Below are positions 44,955-54,612 of a DNA stretch of 64,000 bases, piece by piece. The position numbers and the translations under genes were made by a program. The stretch's first letter is position 1; every line of letters begins with the position of its first letter. This DNA is from a virus. Lineage: Duplodnaviria > Caudoviricetes. The stretch spans positions 20,153 to 84,152 of IMG/VR virus record IMGVR_UViG_3300029305_003710. One strand, written 5' to 3'. Under the pieces are notes generated by a model, which worked only from the letters and a program-made list of their open reading frames with translations, did no database searches and was not told the DNA's origin.

Positions 44955-47900
44955 TGGCAACAAAAATAAGTACAACTGAGATAGAGCTAGGGTCAATTAC
45001 ATATTCGGGCGTGACTAGCACAACTCCTGCTAGCAATGTAGTTTCTCGTGATTATGCATATGTTCGTAATGTTACAAGCACCTCCGCGGAGGTTGTGTTT
45101 ACGAGAAAATATTGGTATGTAAACCCTTATTCGTATTCATGGACACAAAGCTCTTATACTTGGGGAACTGGTGGTGGAGTGTATGCGGCTTACTTTAATG
45201 GGGCGAGCGACCCTGGAGCTTGGACAGAGCAAAATGTGGGGACGTATTCAGTCGAGACAACTACATATCCTGCTTATTCCACTAATTATCTTTTCGAGAA
45301 ATCGCAGACCTTTACCATAACTTTGACTAACGGGTATTGGGAAGGCTGGATTCAATTCTGGGATGTATACAACTACTGTGGGCTGAATAAGTCAAACACC
45401 ATGGGGTCGTATAATATTTATGTTCAAGAATTTTCTGCTCCGTCTGGACTGTCTGTTTCTATTTTAGAGAAGTATCCAACAGGAGCGAAATTTAGCGTCT
45501 CTATTGATAGTTATGGTCGTCCTTCGGATGCGGCTGGCCGTTATATTGAGGCTGGGATTACGACTACTAATGCCTATCCAGCGTCGCCCTACCGATATAG
45601 CACGGCTATGGAAGTTACTAGTGCAGAGATTACAGTATCAAACGCTTCTGGCTCAAGTTCTCCTGCACTAACTATCTATCCTAATACTCAATACTACTAT
45701 GGTGGTTATGCGTGGAATACCCAACTTGCTACATATCAATCTTTCGGGTCTTTTGTTACGTTGCCACCTCAAGACACTCTGTCCCTCAATACCGCCCATT
45801 CTTCTAGCTTAGATATAGATTATTCTGTTCCCGCTGATGGAGGAGCTTTAACTAAAACCCTGGAATACTCGATTGATGGGGGAACGACTTGGGTTACTTA
45901 CGATACGATTTCTGGTGGTAGTGCCACCACAGGCAGCTTCACCATTACTGGGCTTTCCGCTGGTACTACCTACACGATTAGTTCTAGAGTAACTACAACA
46001 GCAGGAACTACCCTAAATGCTGATATTATTGGACGAACTATTGGGCCGGAGAAGCCAATCGTTTCCGTCCAAGTGGATTCTGACACCCAGATTACTATTA
46101 CTTATAAAGAAACGGCTTTCAACTCCCAAGCCGGTAGAGACTTACAACTTTATGGAGACACAAGCTCAACCCCCACAACACTTTTAACTACTCAATCTAG
46201 CCCGACCGATAATACAGAATACACTTATATCCACACTCCCCTAGCCTCTAACCAGAGATATTATTACAGGGCTTTGGCTCATGCTGATTTTGATGGGGTG
46301 AGTGTTCCTAGCGAATATTCTGACGAGGTTTTTGCTTGGACTTTCCCGCCGAAGCCGACCATCGCCGACATCACATGGGTTGAGTATCCTACCGCAATCA
46401 CCCAAAAATACAGCGTTACAATTTCTGTTCCGTCCGACGCGGGGGCTTTGCCAAAGGACGTGGAATATCGCATAACCGTAAATGGGACGACTTCCGAATG
46501 GGATTGGCTTCAAACGGTTAGCTCAGGCGATGCTACTACTTTTACCGCGAATATTGTTGTTACAAATGCCACCGCGACTCAATATACAGGAACTTTAGAA
46601 ATAAGGTCAACGTCAGCAGCAGGCCCGAGCTTGGTAGATTCTCAAACTTTTATTGTAAAGGCAAATGCTGGTGCCCCTACCGTCTCTAATTGGGATTTAG
46701 TAGATGCAAACTCCGCAGTCTCTAGTGTTTTAGGGACGAGTGAGGTTTTTATCGAAGGATATTCTCTTCCTAAATTCTCGGTTAATCAATCTGATATTAC
46801 TTTAGCTGAAGGGGCGAGTATTGCTCAAATTACTGGCACGTTCGGAGGAATAACTCAGAATCTAACTTTGGATAGTGGGGTCTATTCGACTATATTCTCC
46901 ACCCCTACTAGTGGCGAAAAAATTGGTACATTCTTTATAAAAGATAATTTAGACGGAGAATATATCGATTCGGTCAGTAGGACTGTGTTAGCTTACAGCG
47001 AGCCTACAATTACCGGAAATTACAGTTACGTCTCGGAAGATGGGAAGATTGGAATTTCTATTGCGGGTGAGTTTGCTCCCTTTATAGTAGACAATGTGGA
47101 CAAGAATATTCTTACCGTGTCCTATAAGGTCTCTTCCGATACGACATTAGTGGATTGGACAAATGTGCAGGTTGAAAAAAACGGCACGGATTATACGGCT
47201 TATATCAATAACGTCCCGACGAATTTTAACGACACTTACCTAGTAGAACTAAAAATCGTCGATGCTCTCGGCAACCTTGCGACTTATTCATTCGAGGTTT
47301 CGGCTCTTGACAAAGAACGCTTCCTAGCTACACCGCAATACGACATTGAGGTTTGGACTAGAGACGGGGACTTTGTGGCTGATATTTCTAAATACCTCAC
47401 CACGGATTTAAGTATCACTTGGAAACTTAACGATGTAGAAGAATTATCATTTTCTATCTCGCTAGACGCTTTGGAACTTTTAAGACAGAACGGGGTCTCC
47501 ACAATAGACCTGCTCACGCCTTATGCTCATGATATCAGGGTTAGAAGGAACGGGGAATATATTGTAGGTTGTCAAGTTGTAGAAGCCAACGTAAAAGTCG
47601 ACAACGACCAAATCCCTACCGTAGAGGTCAAAGCCACTGGGTTCTTGAATATTTTTAAAGACCAATATATTAGTGAGCCTATGGCGGGTTATACTTACCC
47701 TGAAATGGCTCATAAACTAATCAACAGAGCCCAACACGCCGATTGTCTAGTGAAAAACCCAACAGGCGATATTGACGCCTCTTATTGGCTAAGTGATACA
47801 TCAAGCGTCGCCCAAACTACAGTAAGTTATGCTGGGGCTGGAGCTATTCAAGCCTCTGCGTCCTCAAGTCCGACCACACTTAGCACACAACTAAACGTCA

Positions 47901-48913
47901 GAAGTGGCACTTTAATAAGTGTGAATGTGTGGGTCTCTGGGGCGATAGGAACGGTCAATGTTTATGAACGAGAACTCATAAACCAATCTTCCAACCAAGT
48001 TTTAATCGGGAGTCTTTCCCTAACCTCTGCTGGGACTTATACCCAGTTAGTTGTAAATTCTTATACCACGAGTTTTGATAACGGCTATATCTACTTCTCG
48101 GAAGCCCAGACTGGCACTCCGCTTAGAATAGATAACTGTTTCGTGTCGAGAATAGACGACGAGGATTCTCTTAATAATCATTATGTCGGCTGTATCTACT
48201 CTGGGCTAGATGACACTACTGGTGGGACAGGGCATAATTACGCCACCTCAGGTTATACAGATAGAGAATTTAACTATGAGCTCCAAAATGTCAAAGACGC
48301 CATCATGGATTTAACCCAGATGGGCGAGGATTACTTTGAGTTTGAATTTACCCCTGATAGGATTTTCAATACTTATGATAGAAAAGGGTCAGACCGAACT
48401 GATATAGAAATTATGTATCCTGGCAACGTCCACTCCATGACTGTCGAACGGAGTGCTGCCGACCTTGCGAATAAAATACAAGAAATTGGCTCTGGTATCG
48501 GCGACGAAAGGCTAGAAGTAGTCTTGTCAAACTACGATTCGAGGTTGCTTTATGGCACGAGGGAATCTGCCGTGACCCAAAACAACGTTTCTCTGGAAGA
48601 AACCCTTGAGGGACTCGCACAAGGTGAACTTGATGAACGAAGTGAGCTTATACCCGTTATCAGTGTGCAGATTCAAGACGGAAGCATTAACTGTGGGAAC
48701 GTCCAAACTGGCGATGTTTTAGCTGTGAGGATTGGTGACTACTTAGGCGTCTTAGGGCAACAACAAAACCTCAGTACTAGAATCCATTTAGAACTTCTAG
48801 GAGGGGTTGAAGGTTGGTATCGGGTCAAGCAAATTCAAGCTAGAGTCGCCCAAGACGGCGGAGAAGCCCTTACTCTAAAACTTGAATATGTGGGCGGGTT
48901 TGAGGAGTCTTAA
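44954..48913 (+). CDS. Tail tip protein: N-terminal Fn3/Ig domains, C-terminal baseplate hub (Tal-like) with inserted carbohydrate-binding-like domain
   Basis: EYSIDGG.TW Fn3 patterns; hub segment W.LNDVEEL.F, I.YPGNV.SM...RS, GD.L.V. Confidence 0.7.
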   Translation: MATKISTTEIELGSITYSGVTSTTPASNVVSRDYAYVRNVTSTSAEVVFTRKYWYVNPYSYSWTQSSYTWGTGGGVYAAYFNGASDPGAWTEQNVGTYSVETTTYPAYSTNYLFEKSQTFTITLTNGYWEGWIQFWDVYNYCGLNKSNTMGSYNIYVQEFSAPSGLSVSILEKYPTGAKFSVSIDSYGRPSDAAGRYIEAGITTTNAYPASPYRYSTAMEVTSAEITVSNASGSSSPALTIYPNTQYYYGGYAWNTQLATYQSFGSFVTLPPQDTLSLNTAHSSSLDIDYSVPADGGALTKTLEYSIDGGTTWVTYDTISGGSATTGSFTITGLSAGTTYTISSRVTTTAGTTLNADIIGRTIGPEKPIVSVQVDSDTQITITYKETAFNSQAGRDLQLYGDTSSTPTTLLTTQSSPTDNTEYTYIHTPLASNQRYYYRALAHADFDGVSVPSEYSDEVFAWTFPPKPTIADITWVEYPTAITQKYSVTISVPSDAGALPKDVEYRITVNGTTSEWDWLQTVSSGDATTFTANIVVTNATATQYTGTLEIRSTSAAGPSLVDSQTFIVKANAGAPTVSNWDLVDANSAVSSVLGTSEVFIEGYSLPKFSVNQSDITLAEGASIAQITGTFGGITQNLTLDSGVYSTIFSTPTSGEKIGTFFIKDNLDGEYIDSVSRTVLAYSEPTITGNYSYVSEDGKIGISIAGEFAPFIVDNVDKNILTVSYKVSSDTTLVDWTNVQVEKNGTDYTAYINNVPTNFNDTYLVELKIVDALGNLATYSFEVSALDKERFLATPQYDIEVWTRDGDFVADISKYLTTDLSITWKLNDVEELSFSISLDALELLRQNGVSTIDLLTPYAHDIRVRRNGEYIVGCQVVEANVKVDNDQIPTVEVKATGFLNIFKDQYISEPMAGYTYPEMAHKLINRAQHADCLVKNPTGDIDASYWLSDTSSVAQTTVSYAGAGAIQASASSSPTTLSTQLNVRSGTLISVNVWVSGAIGTVNVYERELINQSSNQVLIGSLSLTSAGTYTQLVVNSYTTSFDNGYIYFSEAQTGTPLRIDNCFVSRIDDEDSLNNHYVGCIYSGLDDTTGGTGHNYATSGYTDREFNYELQNVKDAIMDLTQMGEDYFEFEFTPDRIFNTYDRKGSDRTDIEIMYPGNVHSMTVERSAADLANKIQEIGSGIGDERLEVVLSNYDSRLLYGTRESAVTQNNVSLEETLEGLAQGELDERSELIPVISVQIQDGSINCGNVQTGDVLAVRIGDYLGVLGQQQNLSTRIHLELLGGVEGWYRVKQIQARVAQDGGEALTLKLEYVGGFEES

Positions 48914-49434
48914 TGGCTAGTTATCAAGAATCGCTCTTAACTAGGCAAGTAGTTAAACTCCAGCAGGAAATGATTTCTCTAAAAGCTCCCCAAAAGTATC
49001 TCGTTGGGAACGCCAAAGGGCACGTTTCTAATACTGTAAGAGTTACAAGTAGGCTTTTAAGCGAGCAGACTGTGAACGAGGGAACGGAAGAATCCCCTGT
49101 ATGGGTTACTTATCAATTAAGGGGCATTTTAGGGGTTTTTAGATTCGAGGGCGATAAGCTTGGTAAAACTGTTATTCCTATCCTGAAATTCCAGCTTTAT
49201 AGCTCTAATGGACAAAAAAGCTATCCCGTTGCTACTATGGAAATGGGGAAGGTGTTTATCCAACTTATGGAGTCAACGGCGATGGACGCTCCGAACATCA
49301 TGGAGTTTAGCGTTGATATGCTTTTGACCGCTCAAAAACCAGCGGATGTCTTTTATGGCGATTTTTGGTGTGTTGGGAATGATTCTGGTATATTAACCTA
49401 CATTAGAGATTTGAAAAGGAATGGGAATGAGTAG
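48913..49434 (+). CDS. Minor tail protein
   Basis: N-terminal coiled coil L..Q...LQQE...LK..Q shared with the next two ORFs. Confidence 0.55.
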   Translation: MASYQESLLTRQVVKLQQEMISLKAPQKYLVGNAKGHVSNTVRVTSRLLSEQTVNEGTEESPVWVTYQLRGILGVFRFEGDKLGKTVIPILKFQLYSSNGQKSYPVATMEMGKVFIQLMESTAMDAPNIMEFSVDMLLTAQKPADVFYGDFWCVGNDSGILTYIRDLKRNGNE

Positions 49435-49900
49435 TCTTCCGCAAAAAATCCACAAACTAGAACAAGACATTATCCAGTTTAAGGCTTCTCAAGCACTCGG
49501 TGCATCTTCTAGCCAAGTTATCCCAGTTTATCATTTGGACATTACGGTTACTGCCCTTTGGTATCTTGGGTTGGGTGTTGTCTTCAAATTTACCTCTGGC
49601 AGTGTTATCAACCCACTCGTCATGCCAAGGCTCAAGGCTTATATAGACGGTGTAGAATATACCGATGTCGACCTCCTGCAAGGGATTGATTACGATGAGT
49701 ATTTAGTGGCTCTTGATGCCGCCGAATGGACGGGGGAAACCTATGCTCTACCCGATGAACACTCTACGGGGTTTCGAATATTCATCGTAGACAACAATGA
49801 AAAAGGACTGAGCGATACTAGCGTGTTTAGAATCGTGGGCACGGTGTATGCCACCTGTCAGGGCGATTGTAAAGTCTATACTACGGAGAACTACTACTGA
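49421..49900 (+). CDS. Minor tail protein
   Basis: N-terminal coiled coil L...I..LEQDI...K..Q. Confidence 0.55.
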   Translation: MGMSSLPQKIHKLEQDIIQFKASQALGASSSQVIPVYHLDITVTALWYLGLGVVFKFTSGSVINPLVMPRLKAYIDGVEYTDVDLLQGIDYDEYLVALDAAEWTGETYALPDEHSTGFRIFIVDNNEKGLSDTSVFRIVGTVYATCQGDCKVYTTENYY

Positions 49901-50286
49901 TGAAAACCATAACTGAACGTGTTGTAGCTGCCCAGAGCGAGATTCAAGGGATTAAGGCGGAACAAAAAACTCAAAATGATTCCTTTCAGTTCTATCGATA
50001 CAGAACAGACAATCTGTATTTCGACAGCGGGTATAAAGTCTGGAGGATTACCTTTTGCCCGTTGGTGGACACCCCCGAGAAGGTTCTCTGTCAATTTAGG
50101 AAGCTAAACGACACCTCTCCAGCGGCGGACGCGTCTAATTTAACAGTGAAAATTAGCAACCCCCTAGAAGCAAGGTTTACCGAAATTGGCATGGGGGACT
50201 ATAACCTTCCCTCGGCTCAACGCAGAGTGTATGTGACTTGTATTACGAATTGCAAAGGCTATCTTAAAGTCGAACAAATAATATAA
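49900..50286 (+). CDS. Minor tail protein
   Basis: N-terminal coiled coil I..........EI..IK..Q. Confidence 0.55.
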   Translation: MKTITERVVAAQSEIQGIKAEQKTQNDSFQFYRYRTDNLYFDSGYKVWRITFCPLVDTPEKVLCQFRKLNDTSPAADASNLTVKISNPLEARFTEIGMGDYNLPSAQRRVYVTCITNCKGYLKVEQII

Positions 50287-50295
50287 GGAGGATTT

Positions 50296-50703
50296 ATGAC
50301 GAGCAGAGGCTACGCCACAGACTTAATTGAAAGCATAGCAGAGTTAATCTGTGCCTGTGGGCATATAAGGGAGCTGCTAGACGGAGAAAAAGACGCAGAG
50401 CTACTAGAGCTTTATAAACGGATACTAAAACTCCGTCGAGAACAAATGGAAAAGCTATTAGAGTTAGCCGAAAAACCCGACCCTAGATATCACTGTATCG
50501 TGAAACACGCTCTAGGAGCATGGTGGAGGGCTGTCGAGATATACGAAGCCACTGGTAAAGACGAGGATTTTCAAATGGCTAAAGACTGTGGTGGGGTGGC
50601 AGCAAGTGCTTTAAGCAAGTATCTTGGCATGAAGTTTGAAAGCTGTTCACGTTGTCTCTTTGATAGACTTCTTGTGGCTCAACTCACGAAGACGGAATCC
50701 TGA
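50296..50703 (+). CDS. Hypothetical helical protein with Cys/His residues
   Basis: SD AAGGAGG; HC.VKH and CSRC motifs. Confidence 0.65.
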   Translation: MTSRGYATDLIESIAELICACGHIRELLDGEKDAELLELYKRILKLRREQMEKLLELAEKPDPRYHCIVKHALGAWWRAVEIYEATGKDEDFQMAKDCGGVAASALSKYLGMKFESCSRCLFDRLLVAQLTKTES

Positions 50704-50741
50704 TACAATATGAATAAGATAAACTAACTTAAGGAGTTATA

Positions 50742-52061
50742 ATGAACGACATAGAGGCACAACTCATCACGGTAGGTGTTGCACTTGCCGTAGTGGCAGG
50801 GGCTTATCTAGTCGACTTACTCTGCGCCCTTGCTAACATATTCAGGTTATCTGAGTTCTCATGGCGGAAACTTGGCAGAGGTCTAGCAAAGTGTTTGCTA
50901 ATCGCAGTTGGTACAGCAGGGTTTGTCGCAATTATCAACTTACTTAACTGGCTCACTAGCCGACTGGACATCGATGTTTCTGGTATTCTTGGGGATGTTT
51001 CTGTAGTAGGACTTCTCGGGATTGTTCTTACGAGTGCAGTCAAGTATCTAACTAACAGCTACAAGAATATCCAATTCTTCTTCCTTGGCGACGGCAAGTC
51101 TGAGCTCGATACCTCAGGTTCTAGCCCAGATTACCAAGGGATTGCGGAGGAGGCGAAAAAGTTTGTCGAAGCGGTTTTGCCCGCTAGAATGCTAAACGAG
51201 CAACAAACCTCTAAAGAAGCCTCGAAAGAGGTTGATAATTCTCAAGTTGGGCAAGGAGATAGCGTCAACCCGCTTACTCGAAGACTCCCCGACGGAGATA
51301 ACGACTACGGCAACGGCTGGCAGTGTTCTAAATACTCCTACTATCTTGCGACGGGGATTAGAATGCACTACGCCCCTCATCCTGACTACGGCCCGTGTAA
51401 CGGAAGAGATATGGTAAATTATCTTTGCAATAACTGTGGGTACGTAAGATGTGGAAAGATTGCTGGAGCTATCTTTGCCACTAATGGTGGAGATTACGGA
51501 CATACGGGGATGGTCGTTGACCCCAACAGCAACACGGTGAATGACGCCAACTACACACCACTAACCGTTTCCACTCACTACTTTAATCTTGACGCTGCTG
51601 GAGCGACCTATTGTTGCCCACCAGGTATGAAGCCCGTTGACCCAGAGCCGACCCCCGTCCACACAGACATCAAAGTCGGCGACACCGTAACCTTGAAAAA
51701 CTGGGTTGATTACAATGGAACTCCTCTGCATAAAACTAGGGATTATTATTTCGTCTCCGAGCTAAACGGTGACAGAGCAGTTTTGAGGGCAGATTCAATG
51801 GACGGGGCAGTCTATGCTGCTGTCAACACTAGCAATCTTGAAAAAGTCTCGCCATCAGCCCCGTCTGACAAACCTCAAATCGGCGACCATGTAACCACTT
51901 CCGCTCTCCAAGACCAAAACGGAACTTGGCTAAATCTCAAGATTATCAATGACGGAAACTCGATTTGGACTGAGATTAATGGTCTAGGCAACGCCGTGCT
52001 TAGGACTGCTAATGGGACAGTCAGGTGTGGCGTTCCCGTGGATTCCCTCTCCAAGGTCTAA
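50742..52061 (+). CDS. Holin-like N-terminus fused to CHAP endolysin with SH3-like cell-wall-binding domains
   Basis: Three N-terminal TM helices; WQCSKY (Cys), GHTGMV (His), V.DAN; IKVGDTV and QIGDHV repeats. Confidence 0.75.
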   Translation: MNDIEAQLITVGVALAVVAGAYLVDLLCALANIFRLSEFSWRKLGRGLAKCLLIAVGTAGFVAIINLLNWLTSRLDIDVSGILGDVSVVGLLGIVLTSAVKYLTNSYKNIQFFFLGDGKSELDTSGSSPDYQGIAEEAKKFVEAVLPARMLNEQQTSKEASKEVDNSQVGQGDSVNPLTRRLPDGDNDYGNGWQCSKYSYYLATGIRMHYAPHPDYGPCNGRDMVNYLCNNCGYVRCGKIAGAIFATNGGDYGHTGMVVDPNSNTVNDANYTPLTVSTHYFNLDAAGATYCCPPGMKPVDPEPTPVHTDIKVGDTVTLKNWVDYNGTPLHKTRDYYFVSELNGDRAVLRADSMDGAVYAAVNTSNLEKVSPSAPSDKPQIGDHVTTSALQDQNGTWLNLKIINDGNSIWTEINGLGNAVLRTANGTVRCGVPVDSLSKV

Positions 52062-52088
52062 TGAAAGTCAGAGCAATCTGATACACTA

Positions 52089-52190
52089 GAGATAGGCACG
52101 CAGAGGGGGTAGTCTTACCTCCGCTATCCCCGCTAGAATCTTGCGTGTCTCTCCTTTCTTTAAGAAGCCCCCTTGACGGGGGTTTCTTTT
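52089..52190 (+). ncRNA. Candidate small RNA with terminator
   Basis: TGnTACACT at 52082; ~12-bp closing stem GGCACGCAG/TTGCGTGTC; terminator GAAGCCCCC/GGGGGTTTC-TTTT. Confidence 0.4.
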
Positions 52191-52229
52191 GTTATAATAA
52201 AAATAAGACCATTTGAGGGGGGGTGCAAC

Positions 52230-52790
52230 ATGGGTCAGCTCCTTAAAGATTGCCATCATATCTTTTTCCCGAGAAAAGTCTGGAGTTTTGGATATTATAA
52301 GAGATTACGTGAATTTTGGTATTGCAAAGTCCAAATCCCAAGGGATAGTCTACATAGGAATATTCATACCCTAGTAAAAGGTGTACCACTCCCAAAACCT
52401 GCTGAGTGTAAAAGGGTTTATCAGGCTCTTAATAGTTTGCCTTTATTTGAGACTGATAATTTCATGACTCGGCTAGAAACTTTAATCCGATTATTCGGGG
52501 ATTCTCCCACTGCCGATGCTTTAAGACTTCAAAAAGGAGGTAAGATTATGAAAGTCAATTTAACTTTAGATTCCTTTCCGATGTCGCTTATGGATATGAT
52601 GGTAGAAGACCTAAAAAAACGTCTTCCTTCTATCGATGTACAGGTTGGTGGTGAAGACACGGTGTTTGTATCCTTCTCTACGTCTGATATAGTGAAGGTG
52701 CAAGAAATCTCTATCATCTGCGACAAGTATGTTTTTGGAAGCGGTTTAGATGGATGTGAGGTTTTCTGCCGAGATGAAAACGCCCCTTAA
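52230..52790 (+). CDS. Hypothetical protein (HH...H.NIH metal-binding N-domain) with in-frame internal gene starting at 52548
   Basis: CHHIFFP...LHRNIH; AAGGAGG plus in-frame ATG at 52548. Confidence 0.55.
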   Translation: MGQLLKDCHHIFFPRKVWSFGYYKRLREFWYCKVQIPRDSLHRNIHTLVKGVPLPKPAECKRVYQALNSLPLFETDNFMTRLETLIRLFGDSPTADALRLQKGGKIMKVNLTLDSFPMSLMDMMVEDLKKRLPSIDVQVGGEDTVFVSFSTSDIVKVQEISIICDKYVFGSGLDGCEVFCRDENAP

Positions 52791-52971
52791 GCGGGGACAG
52801 TCAAAAGTACTTTATGACAGGATAGAGAAATATGGGGCTAATGTCATCGACATTGGCACTCATGTGTACATTGTTGGTAAGGTGTCCTACCCTCACCTTT
52901 TCGCTGTATTGTTTGAGTGTCTTGCTTTCGGTGTTGTCGAATGCGAAGTTGGCATATCCAAACCAGGCTGA
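52774..52971 (+). CDS. Hypothetical protein
   Basis: 65-aa overlapping ORF followed by a terminator. Confidence 0.45.
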   Translation: MKTPLKRGQSKVLYDRIEKYGANVIDIGTHVYIVGKVSYPHLFAVLFECLAFGVVECEVGISKPG

Positions 52972-53015
52972 TAGAAAGGAGAAATGAGCCTCCCGTTTTA
53001 TGGGGGGCATTTTTA

Positions 53016-53351
53016 TTGACATAATTTTTCTTATGGTATATACTGAGGTTGTGTTTGGGGGTATCCCAAACAAGTATCTATCTCGCAGAAAAACAAAAAC
53101 AAACACTCTCTACATTAAGTCCCCCTCTTACGCCGAGGGGGTATCTTGACCAAAAGGTTCTTGCGTGGTAAGATGTGTGTTGCGAGGAGAAGAGGTTAAT
53201 TCCTACCGTCTTCCTCTCTTTGCGTTTACCCCCCTGAAGACCCCCACAAGGGGTTTTTCTTTTCCCGAAAATTTGGTATACTAGAGATGGCCTGGGTAGG
53301 GTCAATAACTCTTTCAGAAATCCCCCTTTCCTGTACCTAGAGGGGGATTTT
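53016..53351 (+). ncRNA. Three tandem promoter-short RNA-terminator units
   Basis: TTGACA-17-TATACT (53016-44), TTGACC-17-TAAGAT (53146-74), TGnTATACT (53277), each followed by hairpin(s) and a GC hairpin terminator; no credible ORF. Confidence 0.45.
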
Positions 53352-53388
53352 TCTTGCTAACAACCTCTAATAAGGGTATAATATAACC

Positions 53389-54078
53389 ATGACGATGCGC
53401 AAAAAATACCCTCACGAATATCATGCTTGGGTGGGGATGCGGAATAGGTGCAAGAACTCAAAAAAGATTAAGGATGAAGGGATTGTTTGTTGCGACAGGT
53501 GGGCAACATTCAAAAACTTTTTGGAAGACATGGGGCCCCGTCCTGAGGGGACATATCTCACAAGGCACAATTTAGATGGGAATTTTAACAAAGAGAATTG
53601 CTATTGGGGGCACCCCAAAGGTATTTACGTCGATAAAAAGCTAAGAGAAGAAAATTGGATAGAGTTTTCGGCATGGGCAGATACGAGACGACGATGCTAC
53701 AACCCAAATTATAGATATTTTTGGCGGTATGGAGGACGAGGTATTAAGGTTTGTGACAGATGGTTGGGAACAAATGGATTCAAACACTTCTTAGACGACA
53801 TGGGGAAGCGTCCGCCAGACAAGACTTCGCTCGACCGTATTGACGTGGACGGAGATTATTGCCCAGAAAATTGCCGATGGGCAAATTGGCATGAGCAGGC
53901 CAGAAACAAGGGCAACAATCGTAAGGTAATCGGAGTGTCTCCATGCCGCGCAAAAGGGACTTGGCAAGCAGATTTAGTCGTAAAAGGATGTCGTGTCCTG
54001 CACCATGAGTTTCAGGACTATAAGAATGCAGTTGTATCGCGGCGATTAGCTGCTAAATTATACGGTTTAGAGTTCTAA
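53389..54078 (+). CDS. HNH endonuclease with duplicated domain and AP2-like C-terminus
   Basis: Two W..MR.RC...CDRW..F..FL.DMG.RP units; second has SLDRIDVDGDYCPENCRW; GVS....TWQA; leaderless promoter TTGCTA-17-TATAAT. Confidence 0.8.
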   Translation: MTMRKKYPHEYHAWVGMRNRCKNSKKIKDEGIVCCDRWATFKNFLEDMGPRPEGTYLTRHNLDGNFNKENCYWGHPKGIYVDKKLREENWIEFSAWADTRRRCYNPNYRYFWRYGGRGIKVCDRWLGTNGFKHFLDDMGKRPPDKTSLDRIDVDGDYCPENCRWANWHEQARNKGNNRKVIGVSPCRAKGTWQADLVVKGCRVLHHEFQDYKNAVVSRRLAAKLYGLEF

Positions 54079-54612
54079 CTCTACTGGTGAGAAATTTGTT
54101 ACCTCGACGCAGAGATTGACATACGAACTTGGGTGGAGAAGAGAATCTCCCGCCAGCTGAGGGTCATTCGAGCGGTGCCGGTGTCCATGCAGGTTTATCG
54201 CTTTATGCCCATACATACCTTCCAATGCTTGTATAGTGGTGTAGGGGACAGGGATGTGAGTAATGATATAAGTTAATCTACCTGGCATGGTGGGGGAAGG
54301 GAGAACCAGCATTCTGTGGATTTCCTCAAAGCCAGCGTCGTGATACCAGTGGTCGCTTTGGTTGTCATGATTCCCCTTAATAAGAAGTTTATGCCCATTC
54401 AAGGATTTTAGGAGTTGTTGAGATTCCGAGGCTTTGCCTAGGAAACAGTCCCCTAAGTTATAAACCGTGTCTTCTGGTTTGACGAGTTCGTTCCAGTTTT
54501 TGATAATAGTTTGGTTCATCTCCTCGACTGACGAGAAGTGTTCTCTGCCCTCGAATTTAAGAGAAGCCTGATGGTTTATGTGAAGGTCTGACACGAAGTA
54601 AATTTTGCTCAT
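54067..54612 (-). CDS. Calcineurin-like metallophosphoesterase
   Basis: SDLH, LGD, GNHD, TH.P and HGH.H motifs. Confidence 0.88.
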   Translation of the reverse strand: MSKIYFVSDLHINHQASLKFEGREHFSSVEEMNQTIIKNWNELVKPEDTVYNLGDCFLGKASESQQLLKSLNGHKLLIKGNHDNQSDHWYHDAGFEEIHRMLVLPSPTMPGRLTYIITHIPVPYTTIQALEGMYGHKAINLHGHRHRSNDPQLAGDSLLHPSSYVNLCVEVTNFSPVELEL

